Positions 30,734-42,619 are shown, counted from the first letter of the stretch. The stretch is DNA of 64,000 nt from an uncultured Gammaproteobacteria bacterium (GCA_964512695.1 CAZEJU010000002.1:76233-140232); one strand, 5' to 3'. Notes: generated by a model not told the origin, from the letters alone. Made by a program: numbers and translations.

Positions 30734-31306
30734 ATGATAGCTCTGCTCAAAGGAATTGTAGCATTACGTAATGATCCGTATTTAATTATCGATGTTAATG
30801 GGGTAGGTTATAAAATCCTCGCTTCTCAGCATGTCCTTTCCAATACCACAGTGGGTGATTCTCTTAAGGTTTTTACCTATACTCATGTCCGCGAAGATAT
30901 TCTCGATCTTTATGGTTTTTCTGAACCTGAAGACTTGCGACTTTTTGAGCTACTGATAAGTGTTTCTGGAATAGGACCAAAAACAGCAATTGGTGTTTTT
31001 TCAGTAGGTTCGAGAAATGATATTATGAGAGCAATTATGAGCGGTGATGTGCAGTTTTTTACTGCTGTCCCTCGTTTAGGAAAGAAGAACGCTCAAAAAC
31101 TTATTATTGAGCTAAAAGGAAAATTGGGTAGTGGAGAAGATATAGATCTTACTACTGTTGATGGAGTTCGGGATGAGGTGATTACAGCCTTAAAAGCCTT
31201 CGGATTCTCAACACAGGAAGCAGCAACTGCAATGCGAGCCACACAAAAAGATGGAACTACGACAAGTGAGAAGATACGGTTGGCACTAAAGTATTTAGGG
31301 AAATAA
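30734..31306 (+). CDS. ruvA: Holliday junction branch-migration protein RuvA
   Basis: 'MIALLKGIV...IIDVNGVGYKI', 'ISVSGIGPKTA'. Confidence 0.85.
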   Translation: MIALLKGIVALRNDPYLIIDVNGVGYKILASQHVLSNTTVGDSLKVFTYTHVREDILDLYGFSEPEDLRLFELLISVSGIGPKTAIGVFSVGSRNDIMRAIMSGDVQFFTAVPRLGKKNAQKLIIELKGKLGSGEDIDLTTVDGVRDEVITALKAFGFSTQEAATAMRATQKDGTTTSEKIRLALKYLGK

Positions 31307-31419
31307 AAAATTAAATAGTAAATATAAAAAATACAAATAAAATATGTTTAAAGAATAAAGTTGCTGTTATTTTTTAAATATTCACTTTATATTTTACTAT
31401 TACATCTTTGATATTTTAT

Positions 31420-32445
31420 ATGGATAAAAACCAAAAGACAACAGAGCAGCCAAATCCCGAGGAAGAAATATTATTAACTTCAGTCCGTGCGAAAACGTGG
31501 GTTGAATTTCATGGACAGGAAAATATTAAATCAGCATTACAGATAGGGATTCAAGCAGCAAAACAACGTAGTGAAGCTATAGAGCATATCTTATTATATG
31601 GTCCTCCAGGGTTAGGAAAAACGACGCTCTCTCACATTATCGCTAAAGAAATGAGCAGTAATATTCGAGTTACTTCAGGTCCAGCGATTGAACGTGCCGG
31701 AGATCTTGCTTCTATTCTGACAAATTTAGAAAAAGGTGACATTCTCTTTATCGACGAGATTCACAGACTGAATAAAGTTGTCGAAGAAACATTGTACCCA
31801 GCGATGGAAGATTTCGCCTTAGATATTATAATAGGAAAAGGACCTTCTGCGCGAACACTACGGCTTGATTTGCCTCAGTTTACAATTATCGGTGCTACGA
31901 CTAGAATCGGATTATTATCAGCACCGCTACGTGATCGCTTCGGAGTAATACATAGACTTAACTTTTATTCTCCAGAAGAGTTAGGAGTTATTATTAAAAA
32001 TGCTGCAACAAAACTGCAAGTAACTATTGATGAAGATAGTGTGTTAGAGATTGCGAAAAGAGGCCGAGGAACTCCCCGTATTACATTAAAGTTTTTAAAA
32101 CGGGTTCGAGATTATGCACAAGTGAAAGGTGCAGGTTTAATAACAAAGCATATTACAACTGAGGCATTACACATGCTTTCTATAGATCAGTTGGGACTAG
32201 ATGATTTAGATACAAAATACTTAAAAGCAATTATAGAAAAACATAATGGAGGACCTGTAGGTATTGACACAATTGCTTCAACCATTTCAGAAGATATTGG
32301 CACGTTAGAAGAAGTTGTTGAACCGTACTTATTACAAATCGGTTTTATTCAACGCACTCCTCGAGGGAGAGTTGCTACAAAATTTGCATATTTTCATTTG
32401 GGCATACCTTTTGAAGAAGAGACGATACAACAGCGATTACTGTAG
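31420..32445 (+). CDS. ruvB: Holliday junction helicase RuvB
   Basis: '[13 protein letters not shown]', 'DEIHRL'. Confidence 0.9.
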   Translation: MDKNQKTTEQPNPEEEILLTSVRAKTWVEFHGQENIKSALQIGIQAAKQRSEAIEHILLYGPPGLGKTTLSHIIAKEMSSNIRVTSGPAIERAGDLASILTNLEKGDILFIDEIHRLNKVVEETLYPAMEDFALDIIIGKGPSARTLRLDLPQFTIIGATTRIGLLSAPLRDRFGVIHRLNFYSPEELGVIIKNAATKLQVTIDEDSVLEIAKRGRGTPRITLKFLKRVRDYAQVKGAGLITKHITTEALHMLSIDQLGLDDLDTKYLKAIIEKHNGGPVGIDTIASTISEDIGTLEEVVEPYLLQIGFIQRTPRGRVATKFAYFHLGIPFEEETIQQRLL

Positions 32446-32449
32446 CTTT

Positions 32450-33322
32450 CTACTCCTTTTTATCATAAGCCGCAAGAATTGTTGCCGCTAATTTTGCTAT
32501 TTTTTCTTTTACTTCTTTTTCAGAATTGCCTATATCTGATGTCATTACTCCAAGGAAGAAAACTGTCCCATCTTTTTGGATAATGCCTATATCGTGTAAT
32601 CCCCCCGTAGCATCCCCAGTTTTATGATAGACATTTGTGTTAGCTGGCATATTCGCAGGAAGCCTATCTTCTATGTCTGTATCAATCATAAAACCGAAAA
32701 GTTCTTGTGTACGTCCGATGGACGCTATCTCACCTTTATATAGTTTCTTGAATAAAAGATACATATCATAGGGGGAAGTTTTATTATTTTCCATATCTGT
32801 TTGTGTTAAACCCCATTGTTCTATTGTTTTTTGAATAGCAGGCACACCTATCCGTTTTGCTAAAATATGTGCTGCGGTATTATCTGATTGTTGTAAGGAT
32901 AACTTTGCTAAAGTTTTTAATGAGTACACTCCACCTGGTTCCTGATAGCGTAATGTTCCTGTTCCGTAATCTTGAATATCTACTTGTTGAAGCGTAATTT
33001 GTTCATCAAGATCGATTTCCCCCTTTTCCTGTAAATAGTAAAGGACTGCGACGATAGGAACTTTATTAACAGAAGCACCAGTAAAAATTTCTTTATGATT
33101 AATACCGATTGTATCTGTATTCTTGAGATCAGCATAGTAAACTCCGTAATTACCTTTAGCTGATTTTATGAGGTCATGCACCTGTTTTTTTAAGTTGATG
33201 ACGAACATGTTTTTCTGTTCTTTTTCAGTCGTAAAAAGATAGAATCGAGGGAGTTGCGTTAAGTTTCTCCCGATAAGAAGCATAATGATCGTATAAACTA
33301 TGATAGTAAAAACTTTTCTCAT
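32450..33322 (-). CDS. Class A beta-lactamase-like serine hydrolase, signal or TM-anchored
   Basis: SxxK ('ASVNK'), SDN ('QQSDNTA') and KTG ('YHKTGDATG') motifs are in the correct order. Confidence 0.6.
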   Translation of the reverse strand: MRKVFTIIVYTIIMLLIGRNLTQLPRFYLFTTEKEQKNMFVINLKKQVHDLIKSAKGNYGVYYADLKNTDTIGINHKEIFTGASVNKVPIVAVLYYLQEKGEIDLDEQITLQQVDIQDYGTGTLRYQEPGGVYSLKTLAKLSLQQSDNTAAHILAKRIGVPAIQKTIEQWGLTQTDMENNKTSPYDMYLLFKKLYKGEIASIGRTQELFGFMIDTDIEDRLPANMPANTNVYHKTGDATGGLHDIGIIQKDGTVFFLGVMTSDIGNSEKEVKEKIAKLAATILAAYDKKE

Positions 33323-33395
33323 AAATAGCTGATAAGTATTTAGTATAAAGTATCACGTATTATTAATAATACACACGTAATACATACTATTAACA

Positions 33396-34928
33396 TTATA
33401 CTTCTTGTTGGTGGGGACGGTACTGTAATGCTTCAGCAATATGTGTGATTTGAATAGTATCCGCATCCTCAAGGTCAGCAATTGTTCTGCTGAGTTTTAT
33501 AACACGATGATAAGATCTTCCAGAAAGATTTAATTTTAAAACTGCTTGATGAAGAAGCTGTTTGGCTTCTGGTGAAAGAATGCAAAATTCTTTTATGGAT
33601 TTATTTGATAATTCTGCATTGCAGGTTATGGATGTCTTCTCATATCGTTTTGTTTGTTTATTGCGGGCTCTTTGTACTCGTTCGCGAACAATAACTGATG
33701 ATTCGTTGGAAGAATGTAGTTCATCTGCAGTTAGTTTATCTATTTTCACTGCGGGTACATCCAAATGAATATCTATCCTATCTAAAAGTGGACCCGAAAT
33801 TTTTTTTTGATACCTTTGGATCTGTAGATTCGTACATGTACAGCTGTGCAGTTTATCTCCATAAAAACCGCAAGGACAAGGGTTTTGAGCAGCGACTAGC
33901 ATACATTTGGCAGGAAATGTTGTTTTCCCATTCGCCCGGGAGATGGTTACGATACCATCTTCGATTGGTTGTCGTAATCCTTCAAGGATTTGCCTGGGAA
34001 ACTCAGGGAATTCGTCTAAGAAAAGTACACCTCTGTGCGCAAGCGTTATCTCTCCAGGTCGAGGATTACTGCTGCCCCCAATCAGCCCTACTAATGATAT
34101 TGTATGGTGCGGTGAACGAAAAGGGCGGCGGCCAATAATTTTTTGGTCTTTTAATAAACCAGCAACACTATAAATTTTGGTAACCTCGAGTGTTTCTTCA
34201 AATGTTAACTGCGGCATAATTGAAGCAAGCGTTCTAGCCAGGAGGGTTTTTCCAGCTCCAGGTGGACCTTTAAGAAGAATATTATGGCCACCAGCAGCAG
34301 CAACCTCCATAGCTCGTTTTGCTTTTTGTTGGCCTTTAATATCTTTCATATCAAAATCATCCTCATATGAAGATACAAGATCTGAAAAAGATTGTTGAGA
34401 TAGTGGTTGAATGGGTAAATCTTTGTTTAAATGATGGAAAAGTGAAAGAAGGGTTCTAACAGGATATACGGTAACACCATCTAAAATAGCAGCTTCAGAT
34501 GCATTATCTGCAGGTAAAAAAAAGTGTTCTATTCGATTCTGTCTGGCCATGATAACCTGGGGTAAAATGCCATTTCCGGGACGTACTCTTCCATCCAAAG
34601 AAAGTTCGCCACTAAAAAGCATATTGGCAATATTTGCTTTAATCTGGCCAGATGCAAGAAGAATACCAAGTGCAATTGGCAAGTCGTACATAGGACCTTC
34701 TTTCGGAAGATCTGCAGGCGCTAAGTTAACTGTGATCCGTCGAGCAGGAAATTCAGCTCCACTATTTCGTATCGCTGAGCGTACTCGTTCTTTTGATTCT
34801 TCAACAGCTTTATCGGGAAGGCCGACAATAAAAAAGTTGGGGAGACCTTGGGAAGCAATATCAATTTCAACTTCGACAGGAATAGCATCTAATCCGACAA
34901 CCGCTGCAGATAAAACTCTCGCAAGCAT
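33396..34928 (-). CDS. comM: YifB/ComM Mg-chelatase-like AAA+ ATPase
   Basis: N-terminal 'MLARVLSAAVVGLDAIPVEVEIDI', a Lon-like domain, and Walker A 'GPPGAGKT'. Confidence 0.85.
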   Translation of the reverse strand: MLARVLSAAVVGLDAIPVEVEIDIASQGLPNFFIVGLPDKAVEESKERVRSAIRNSGAEFPARRITVNLAPADLPKEGPMYDLPIALGILLASGQIKANIANMLFSGELSLDGRVRPGNGILPQVIMARQNRIEHFFLPADNASEAAILDGVTVYPVRTLLSLFHHLNKDLPIQPLSQQSFSDLVSSYEDDFDMKDIKGQQKAKRAMEVAAAGGHNILLKGPPGAGKTLLARTLASIMPQLTFEETLEVTKIYSVAGLLKDQKIIGRRPFRSPHHTISLVGLIGGSSNPRPGEITLAHRGVLFLDEFPEFPRQILEGLRQPIEDGIVTISRANGKTTFPAKCMLVAAQNPCPCGFYGDKLHSCTCTNLQIQRYQKKISGPLLDRIDIHLDVPAVKIDKLTADELHSSNESSVIVRERVQRARNKQTKRYEKTSITCNAELSNKSIKEFCILSPEAKQLLHQAVLKLNLSGRSYHRVIKLSRTIADLEDADTIQITHIAEALQYRPHQQEV

Positions 34929-34960
34929 ATATTACTTCTATAATAGCATTCAATCTCGTA

Positions 34961-36367
34961 TTAATGTAGGGATGTGTTTGAAGATCTTATTTCTCGAATT
35001 GCTAGATCTGTTAGACGTTCCGCATAGCCGATATATTGTAAAGGAGTTAGGTCTTTAAGCTGTTTTTTTAGGTCTTCTTGTACGGGCAATTGTTCAATCC
35101 ACAGTCTCCAGTCTTTCTCTTGTAGTTTCTTACCTCTTGAAAGTGTCGCGATAAGTGAATACGGATCTTTTATACCATGAACGCGCATAAGAGTCTGTAC
35201 TCCTTCAGTTAAGATAGCCCAGTTTTCGTGAAGATGTTGCTCAATAACTGTGATATTTGGCCTAACCTTTTCTAAACCCCTTAATGTACTTTTTAAAGCA
35301 AGTAAACCATGTCCTAACCCAATCCCGACATTCCGCATGGTTGTACTATCTGATAAATCTCTTTGTAAACGAGATACTCCCAATTTACGAATCATGCCTT
35401 CCCATAAGCTATTCGCAATACTGATATTCCCTTCACTGTTTTCGAAGTCTATTGGATTTACTTTTTGAGGCATTGTAGAAGAGCCAACTTCACCCTTTTT
35501 TATTTCCTGTGAAAACCAATCATCGCTAATGTAGCGCCACATATCCTGATTTAGATCTAAAACTATTGTGTTTATTCTGTGGAATACTTGGAAAGATTCT
35601 ATTAAATCATCGTAGGGATTTATTTGCGTAGTGAAAAGATTGGGTTTCAAACCTAACCTTTTTATAAAGTTCCTAGAAAACAGTATCCAATCGATGTCTG
35701 GTGCTGCAATAACATGCGCGTTAAAGTTTCCTACTGCACCCGTGATTTTTCCAGTAAGTTGGATATGTTCTAACTGTTCTTTCTGTTTATGTAAACGGAT
35801 GGCAATATTAATAAGTTCTTTCCCAAGGGTTGTAGGCACTGCTGCTTGGCCATGTGTTCTCGCTAGAATAGCAAGTATTTTATTTTTTTCTGCCATATCG
35901 ACGAGTGTATTAATAAGTTCAGCTAAAAGAGGTATATATAATGCTGTGGTGGCTCTTTTAAGAAGAAGACGATGTGAAATATTATTAACATCTTCAGAGG
36001 TTAACCCGAAGTGAATCATCTCAACCGTGTCTTTCAAGCTTGTTTGTAAAAGCATTTCCCGAAGGTTTCGTTCAATAGCTTTAATGTCGTGACGGGTTGT
36101 TTTTTCAATCGTTTTTACTTGTTCAATATGTTTAAGAGTCATTTGCGGTCCGAGATTGAGGAGAAATTGTTTTTCTTTCTGTGTAATCTTTCGTAAGAGG
36201 CCGATTTCAGCCAGTGCGATGAGATACTGACATTCAATTTCGGTTCTTATTTTAATCAGTGCCATTTCGGAAACATACGCTGCTAAATCACGCATATCTT
36301 CCCAGTAACGTCCATCAAGCGGTGAAATAGCCGTTAATTCGTTTAGCATGTTACTTTTTTTGTTCAT
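34961..36367 (-). CDS. purB: Adenylosuccinate lyase
   Basis: 'ISPLDGRYW' and 'SSTMPQKVNP' signatures. Confidence 0.85.
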   Translation of the reverse strand: MNKKSNMLNELTAISPLDGRYWEDMRDLAAYVSEMALIKIRTEIECQYLIALAEIGLLRKITQKEKQFLLNLGPQMTLKHIEQVKTIEKTTRHDIKAIERNLREMLLQTSLKDTVEMIHFGLTSEDVNNISHRLLLKRATTALYIPLLAELINTLVDMAEKNKILAILARTHGQAAVPTTLGKELINIAIRLHKQKEQLEHIQLTGKITGAVGNFNAHVIAAPDIDWILFSRNFIKRLGLKPNLFTTQINPYDDLIESFQVFHRINTIVLDLNQDMWRYISDDWFSQEIKKGEVGSSTMPQKVNPIDFENSEGNISIANSLWEGMIRKLGVSRLQRDLSDSTTMRNVGIGLGHGLLALKSTLRGLEKVRPNITVIEQHLHENWAILTEGVQTLMRVHGIKDPYSLIATLSRGKKLQEKDWRLWIEQLPVQEDLKKQLKDLTPLQYIGYAERLTDLAIREIRSSNTSLH

Positions 36368-36560
36368 ACGCTTAAATTTTTTCTCTTCTCGTGCATGACT
36401 CTTACCAACTTCTTACTTGTATTTGGTAAAACGAATCTATGTACGATCCCATAGCGACTTTTTTAATAGCATGGATGGTTATTGTTCCTGTAGGCTTAAC
36501 ACTTCTTATGATAGTGGTCGATTATTTAAATAACAGGAAAGTAAGCTAGTGTACGCCTCC

Positions 36561-38150
36561 TTAAATAAGATATCCCTTAAATGTAGTAATGTGTTTTCTT
36601 TCTGGTCCAGTTGTAGCTGCCACAATAGGGAAGCCAATCCTTTTTTCTAGAAAAGCTAAAAATCGCAAACAATTTTCAGGTAACTCTTCTATCCTGGTCG
36701 CTTTCTGGCATGCTTCTCCGTCCCATCCAGGTAGAGAGATATAGTGAGGTATGACATCTTTTACATATTCTAAGCCAGGTTGATACGGAATGAGATTACC
36801 TTTTTTATCCGTGTAGTGAGTACAAACCTGAATAGTGTCGGTATTCCTCGCGATGTCAGCATGTGTTACTGCCAATGATTCTATTCCTGACATTCTTGCG
36901 TTATATGTAATGAGATTTAGGTCTAAATGATTAATGTCTCGTGGACGTCCTGTTGTGGTTCCATATTCATGTGCTGTCTCTCGAACAAAAGCGGCCCATA
37001 GCTGCTCTTCAGTTGCGTTTTTCGGAAGATCAGCTAGATTCTTTGGTAGCTCTATATGAGTAGGCATGCGGCGAGCGCCAACACTAGATGTATACGGGAT
37101 CTTTATCACACCTATACGGTTGGCGATATTATATATTTGCCAAAAAGCAGTACCTTCTCTAATTCCATAAACTGACGTGTTTGAGGCTGTTACATCAGGT
37201 CGTGTGCCTAGCCATGCATCAAGACCAGCTGCTTGCGCTCCTTCGAAAAGTAATGCAGCAGTTTTATTTGAAGCAATTTCTTGGTGAAGACGATACGTAT
37301 TTATGACCATAGCCCTTTTCTGTAACCAAATACGTACTTTTGCAAGTCTCTCTATAAATGTTTTTTTATCACCCACTTTTCTTATTGTGGCGATGCCAGT
37401 TTTTTTCGTTGTGAAAAAATCTGGAACTTCTACTTCTGCAATTTGTAAGTCAAAGGCAGCAAGTTCTTTACTATATCTATCGTAATGCGCTTCTAGTTTT
37501 TCTTGCCAGTCTTCCTTTATTAAGTCAACTATGTGAAGACCTGTTTTATCATAGTGATGGGCATAACTTGGTCCTATTCCTCTTCCTGTTCCACCTTTCG
37601 ATTTACCTTCTTTCACTTTATTTAACTGTTCCTCTGCGCGTTCAAGATCAGTACACATAATCGCATCTTGCGAGAGAAATAACCGGTTTTTTAAGGTCCC
37701 TACTTTTTCTTCAGCATATAATATTTCAGTTTGTAAATCTTCAGGATGAATAATCATCCCTCTATCCATAATGCCTATCACTTGCTTATAGAAAACACCA
37801 GAAGGAACGACGTGAAGAGCTAGTTTTACTCCTTCTTTCTCAACAGTATGCCCCGCATTATTACCGCCTTGAAATCGAATAAGATAGACTTTCTTAACAC
37901 CTTTTTTCTTTAAAAATGCCGAGATAATATTATCTACTAGCCTGCCTTTTCCTTCATCACCCAACGCTGCTCCGACTATTGCTGCACTATTTGGTCGGGC
38001 AACACTATCATATAGCCGATTTTTTTTACCGCTCCAACCAACAGAAATATTTTTACTTTTATATATACTCTGAAAATCTTTATGTATTTGTTTTTCTAAC
38101 GCAGTAGTTTGCGAAGATAGTTTACGTGATGTTGAAGCTTTCTTTGTCAT
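36561..38150 (-). CDS. purA: Adenylosuccinate synthetase with an N-terminal extension of about 55 aa
   Basis: 'GAALGDEGKGRLVD' and 'QGGNNAGHTV'. Confidence 0.8.
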   Translation of the reverse strand: MTKKASTSRKLSSQTTALEKQIHKDFQSIYKSKNISVGWSGKKNRLYDSVARPNSAAIVGAALGDEGKGRLVDNIISAFLKKKGVKKVYLIRFQGGNNAGHTVEKEGVKLALHVVPSGVFYKQVIGIMDRGMIIHPEDLQTEILYAEEKVGTLKNRLFLSQDAIMCTDLERAEEQLNKVKEGKSKGGTGRGIGPSYAHHYDKTGLHIVDLIKEDWQEKLEAHYDRYSKELAAFDLQIAEVEVPDFFTTKKTGIATIRKVGDKKTFIERLAKVRIWLQKRAMVINTYRLHQEIASNKTAALLFEGAQAAGLDAWLGTRPDVTASNTSVYGIREGTAFWQIYNIANRIGVIKIPYTSSVGARRMPTHIELPKNLADLPKNATEEQLWAAFVRETAHEYGTTTGRPRDINHLDLNLITYNARMSGIESLAVTHADIARNTDTIQVCTHYTDKKGNLIPYQPGLEYVKDVIPHYISLPGWDGEACQKATRIEELPENCLRFLAFLEKRIGFPIVAATTGPERKHITTFKGYLI

Positions 38151-38207
38151 GATGTGAAAGTTGTGAGTTGAGTATACTGCGGAGTTCCATGAAGGTCAAG
38201 GATTATT

Positions 38208-38960
38208 TTATTGAGAAGATATTTCAGTAACGAAAAGATATGCAGTTTCTGCGTATCCCCATATTTTGTATCCTGATACAGCAGCCATTGCTCCGACACT
38301 CGTTTCAATGTCTTTTGCTATATCATGATTACTAGGTACGAGAGCTATCTGTGTTGTGGGTTCTCCACTTGCGTTAAACGCTTCATTTACCGCTTCCCCC
38401 CATACATATAAAGCATAATCATATGCTATATCAGAAGCAGGTCTGTTCATTCTAACAATCCGCCCTGAGAACGAGCGTATGTTTTCTTTCGTCATTGCGC
38501 TTGAAGGTGATAGTTTTTGTATTCTACACTCATCATATTCGAGTACAGAAACCGTCTCTGGAAGAAGTGCTGACCGTTCGAATGTATATTGGGTCTCTAG
38601 GTTAAACGTATTTTGTGTAATATCTTCCCAGCCAGATTTTATTCTCCCTGTTATTTGAACACATTTTCCCAAATACGTGCCATATGTAGGATCAGTTATT
38701 TCGAGGAAATAACCCTGAATAGCCCCATTACCGTAAATATCTTTATTAAAATCCGTTATTTGATAATGAATATATGTTAAGCCAAGGTTTTGTCTCTCAT
38801 TTGTTTGAAGCCCATCTGATCGAATGAAGCCTTGTATAGTAATTTTATTGCTGTCGTTTTGGGGAAGATCACCTCTTAGAAAACTAAATATAAATATTCC
38901 AAATAGTATAAATACTACTATGAGTGTTAAAAGGATTGTCGTACGGGTACGGTTGCTCAT
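38208..38960 (-). CDS. Membrane-anchored hypothetical protein
   Basis: N-terminal TM 'ILLTLIVVFILFGIFIFSFL'. Confidence 0.4.
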   Translation of the reverse strand: MSNRTRTTILLTLIVVFILFGIFIFSFLRGDLPQNDSNKITIQGFIRSDGLQTNERQNLGLTYIHYQITDFNKDIYGNGAIQGYFLEITDPTYGTYLGKCVQITGRIKSGWEDITQNTFNLETQYTFERSALLPETVSVLEYDECRIQKLSPSSAMTKENIRSFSGRIVRMNRPASDIAYDYALYVWGEAVNEAFNASGEPTTQIALVPSNHDIAKDIETSVGAMAAVSGYKIWGYAETAYLFVTEISSQ

Positions 38961-38966
38961 GAATCT

Positions 38967-39476
38967 TTACTTGTTTCCTTGCAAAATCATGTTAATAAAT
39001 TGTGTTTTTGCAACACGATAAGCACTCCGCTCTTTTCCTTCAAACTGTAGTTTTAATTGATTGAATCGTTCGCGTAACGAGGCGTTTTTCTTAAGTTCAT
39101 CTCGTACTTTTGTAAATTCGATATCTTCTTCACCTTCTGCTACCACAAGCTGTATACCTAAAGGAAAATTATATTGTTGAGAGTCAAATCCTGTGTATGT
39201 CTCAGTCGGTGGGTTACCAGGATCAAAACGATAAAGAGAAGTAAGCTTCTCTTTTGCTTCAGCGAATTGTTCTTTTTTAACTCGTACGAGAATATCCAAA
39301 TCACCTTTCGTTAGAAGACCAGGGATGGCTGTACTTCCTACGTGTTGAACATCGCTATATGGAAGCTCTTTTTTTATTTTCATTTTTTCTCTCTCGAAGA
39401 TCCGGTTGAGTAATGTTTGTAATTCGGACGTATTTTGAAAGTGAAGTTGCATGGACCAATTGTACACTAAATGCAT
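38967..39476 (-). CDS. GrpB/UPF0157 nucleotidyltransferase-fold protein
   Basis: 'VQHVGSTAIPGLLTKGDLDILV'. The start may be at MQLHF (39452). Confidence 0.55.
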   Translation of the reverse strand: MHLVYNWSMQLHFQNTSELQTLLNRIFEREKMKIKKELPYSDVQHVGSTAIPGLLTKGDLDILVRVKKEQFAEAKEKLTSLYRFDPGNPPTETYTGFDSQQYNFPLGIQLVVAEGEEDIEFTKVRDELKKNASLRERFNQLKLQFEGKERSAYRVAKTQFINMILQGNK

Positions 39477-39628
39477 ATGAATAGGAATTCGTTATATTGC
39501 ATGATACAATTCGGTTATCCCACAAGGGTACTAGCTTTTGCGGTTTTCCATGAATATATAAAACAGATCAACAGTGAACTGACACGCTGCATGCTGACAA
39601 TTGATAATCGGAAACTGATTACTGGACT

Positions 39629-41401
39629 ATGGATCAAGTCACACAAATTAGAGAGAAGCTCGACATTATAAGTTTTATTTCAGAATATATCCCTGTTAAA
39701 AAAGCAGGCAAGAATTTCCAAGCCCTCTGTCCTTTTCATGGAGAAAAAACTCCGAGCTTTAATATTTCGCCCGAACGGCAGCTCTGGCACTGTTTCGGGT
39801 GTGGGAAAGGTGGAGATATTTACACCTTTCTTATGGAATATGAGCGGCTAGAGTTTCCTGAAGCTTTAAAGATTTTGGCTAAGAAAGCAGGGATAGAACT
39901 AGTATCCACTTCTTATGCCGATACTGTAACATCTTCGAAAAAAGACCTTCTTTATAAGATTAATAGTCTTGCTGCAGAATTTTATCATTATATTCTTATG
40001 CAACATCCTGCAGGTAAACAAGCCTTAGCGTATGTACAGAATCGAGGAATTAACGATAAAGTTATTGGAACATTTAAACTAGGATTTGCGCCTGTTAGCG
40101 GATCATCTCTTTGTCAATATTTATTAAATAAAAAACAATTTAAGAGAGAAGATGTTTTTGATGCTGGGTTAGCTATACAAGGCAGACGTGATGTTATTGA
40201 TTTTTTTAGAGGGCGGCTTATTTTTCCTCTTATTGATCATCACGATAATGTTGTCGGATTTTCTGGCAGGATGATTGATGGTATTCCTGCAACTGGAGGG
40301 AAATATATTAATACACGAGATACACTCGTATATCATAAAAGAGATCAAATCTTCGGTTTACCAGTTACAAAAGACGCTATTCGGAAACAGAATCAGGTGT
40401 TACTTGTAGAAGGAGAGTTTGATGTGATGAGTTGTTTCCAAAATGGCGTTAGTAATGTCGCGGCAGTGAAAGGAACTGCTTTGACAGAGCAACAAGTGCG
40501 ATTATTATCTCGATACACTCAGAAAATAACATTTTGTTTTGATGGTGATGAAGCGGGAAAGGAAGCGATAAAACGAAGTTTATCTATGGTAGCTAAGCGA
40601 GGTATAACCGCAACTGTTGTAGTGATTCCATCGGGAAAGGATCCTGATGAGTCATTGCGAACAAATCCTGTCGAATTTAAAGAGGCAGTAAAACACGATG
40701 AGAATGTCTATGATTATCTATTTAACGAAGTTTTGAAAAAGTATGATAGTTCATCTTCGGAAGGTAAACAAGAAATAGCCGCATCATTTTTACCGTTTGT
40801 AAATGAAATCGAAAATGCGATTGTCCGGGAACATTATATGAGGAAATTAAGTAGTGCTATCCAAATAAGTTATGAAAGTATTAGTAGAGAGTTAGAAAGA
40901 TTGCAGAAGAAACTCCCGCCTGTAACGAAAGAGCCGATAGAACTCCAATCAAAAACGCGAGATGAAAAGATGGAAGAATATCTTTTAGCTCTTATTCTGC
41001 AATCCTCGAAGCCTGTTGAGGCTTTTCATCAAGTATGGCTTGTAATAAGAGAGTTTTTAGAAACTCAGAGAGCATCCCAAAAACTATTTGTGTTTTTACA
41101 GGAAGTCGGAGTAAAGGATAATGAACTTGACGTTAAAACAATTGGAACACGTATACCCAAGGAATTGTCAGAGGCATATAGTATAGCTATACTTTTGCCT
41201 TTGCCAGATTTCGAGAGTGAAGAAAAAAGAAAATTAGAAATGCAAAAAACAGCGTATAAACTCCGGGCACTCTACTTAAAAGAAAAGATACGAAAACTTG
41301 GAGAAGAAATTAAGATAGTAGAAAAAAATGCTTCTGAGGAGGAAAGTATTACCTTAAAACAGACCTATTCCCGTTTAGTGACATTATTAAAAGCTTCGTA
41401 G
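39629..41401 (+). CDS. dnaG: DNA primase
   Basis: CHC2 zinc finger 'CPFHGEKTPSFNISPERQLWHCFGCGKGGD' and TOPRIM 'LVEGEFDVMS'. Confidence 0.9.
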   Translation: MDQVTQIREKLDIISFISEYIPVKKAGKNFQALCPFHGEKTPSFNISPERQLWHCFGCGKGGDIYTFLMEYERLEFPEALKILAKKAGIELVSTSYADTVTSSKKDLLYKINSLAAEFYHYILMQHPAGKQALAYVQNRGINDKVIGTFKLGFAPVSGSSLCQYLLNKKQFKREDVFDAGLAIQGRRDVIDFFRGRLIFPLIDHHDNVVGFSGRMIDGIPATGGKYINTRDTLVYHKRDQIFGLPVTKDAIRKQNQVLLVEGEFDVMSCFQNGVSNVAAVKGTALTEQQVRLLSRYTQKITFCFDGDEAGKEAIKRSLSMVAKRGITATVVVIPSGKDPDESLRTNPVEFKEAVKHDENVYDYLFNEVLKKYDSSSSEGKQEIAASFLPFVNEIENAIVREHYMRKLSSAIQISYESISRELERLQKKLPPVTKEPIELQSKTRDEKMEEYLLALILQSSKPVEAFHQVWLVIREFLETQRASQKLFVFLQEVGVKDNELDVKTIGTRIPKELSEAYSIAILLPLPDFESEEKRKLEMQKTAYKLRALYLKEKIRKLGEEIKIVEKNASEEESITLKQTYSRLVTLLKAS

Positions 41402-41521
41402 CGATGTTTGTTTTACTTTTAAACACTATAAAACCAATATTATGAAAGTTAAGAATAGGGCTTGTAACTTTATGGGATTATGATAGAATCAGAGATACCA
41501 CCATGAAAATGGCGGTAATTT

Positions 41522-42619
41522 TTGTTGTCTATGAGTACAAAAACAAAGTTCCCAACCATTCTAAATGATGTTGTCGTAAGTGCGAAGAAACGTGGTTATA
41601 TAACCCAAGAAGAAATATTGGGTATTTTTTCGCGGCCAGAAGACCATATAGAAGAGCTTGATTCTCTTTATGACAAGCTCATGAAGTCAAATATTGATGT
41701 TTTTGAGTCTGTTGCTCAAGAACGAGAAGATCAGAAATCAATTGAAGATCTTGAAAAAGAACTAGAAGCGTTAACTGTTTTGACAGAAGGTGTTGTTTCA
41801 GATCCTGTCAGGATGTATTTAAAAGAAATTGGTCGTATCCCATTACTCACGTTTGATCAGGAAATAGAACTTGCAAAGAAAGTAGAGAAAGGTGATAAAC
41901 ACGCAAAACAGAAGTTAATTAATTCAAATCTTCGTCTTGTTGTTTCAATTGCAAAAAAATATATTGGTCGTGGCTTGACATTACTTGATCTCATTCAGGA
42001 AGGTAACCAAGGCTTAATTCGTGCAGTTGAGAAATATGACTGGAGAAGAGGATTTAAGTTTTCAACCTATGCTACCTGGTGGATTCGTCAGTCAGTAACT
42101 CGTGCAATTGCTGATCAAGCAAGAACTATCCGTATCCCAGTTCATATGGTCGAGAATATCAATCGATTTCTCCGTACCTCTCGAAAACTCATGCAAGAAC
42201 TTGGCCGTGAGCCAACACCGGAGGAAGTGGCAAAAGTACTCGGTATAGAACCTGAAAAAGCTCTTGAGATTATTAAAATATCTCAAAACCCCGCCAGTCT
42301 GGAATCCCCTGTCGGAGATGAAGAGGATAGCAAACTTGGAGATTTTATTCACGACTCAGCAGCTCCGACACTTTTTGATACAGCTTCAAAAGAGCTTCTT
42401 AAGGAGCAGGTAGATCAAGTATTACAGACACTCTCAGATAGAGAGCGGAGAGTTCTTGAGGAACGCTTTGGGTTAAAAGACGGCAGACCGAAAACGCTTG
42501 AAGAAGTAGGGCGAATGTTTGCTGTTACTCGTGAGCGTATTCGCCAGATTGAAGCTAAAGCCCTCCGGAAACTGAGACACCCTTCTCGAGGTAACAAGCT
42601 AAGAGATTACTTAGGCTAA
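41522..42619 (+). CDS. rpoD: RNA polymerase primary sigma factor
   Basis: Region 2 '[14 protein letters not shown]' and region 4.2 '[30 protein letters not shown]'. Confidence 0.9.
   Translation: MLSMSTKTKFPTILNDVVVSAKKRGYITQEEILGIFSRPEDHIEELDSLYDKLMKSNIDVFESVAQEREDQKSIEDLEKELEALTVLTEGVVSDPVRMYLKEIGRIPLLTFDQEIELAKKVEKGDKHAKQKLINSNLRLVVSIAKKYIGRGLTLLDLIQEGNQGLIRAVEKYDWRRGFKFSTYATWWIRQSVTRAIADQARTIRIPVHMVENINRFLRTSRKLMQELGREPTPEEVAKVLGIEPEKALEIIKISQNPASLESPVGDEEDSKLGDFIHDSAAPTLFDTASKELLKEQVDQVLQTLSDRERRVLEERFGLKDGRPKTLEEVGRMFAVTRERIRQIEAKALRKLRHPSRGNKLRDYLG

Noticed and set aside
33562-36014. Multiple + strand ORFs (68-169 aa) inside comM and purB
   Set aside because: They are antisense to strongly conserved genes.
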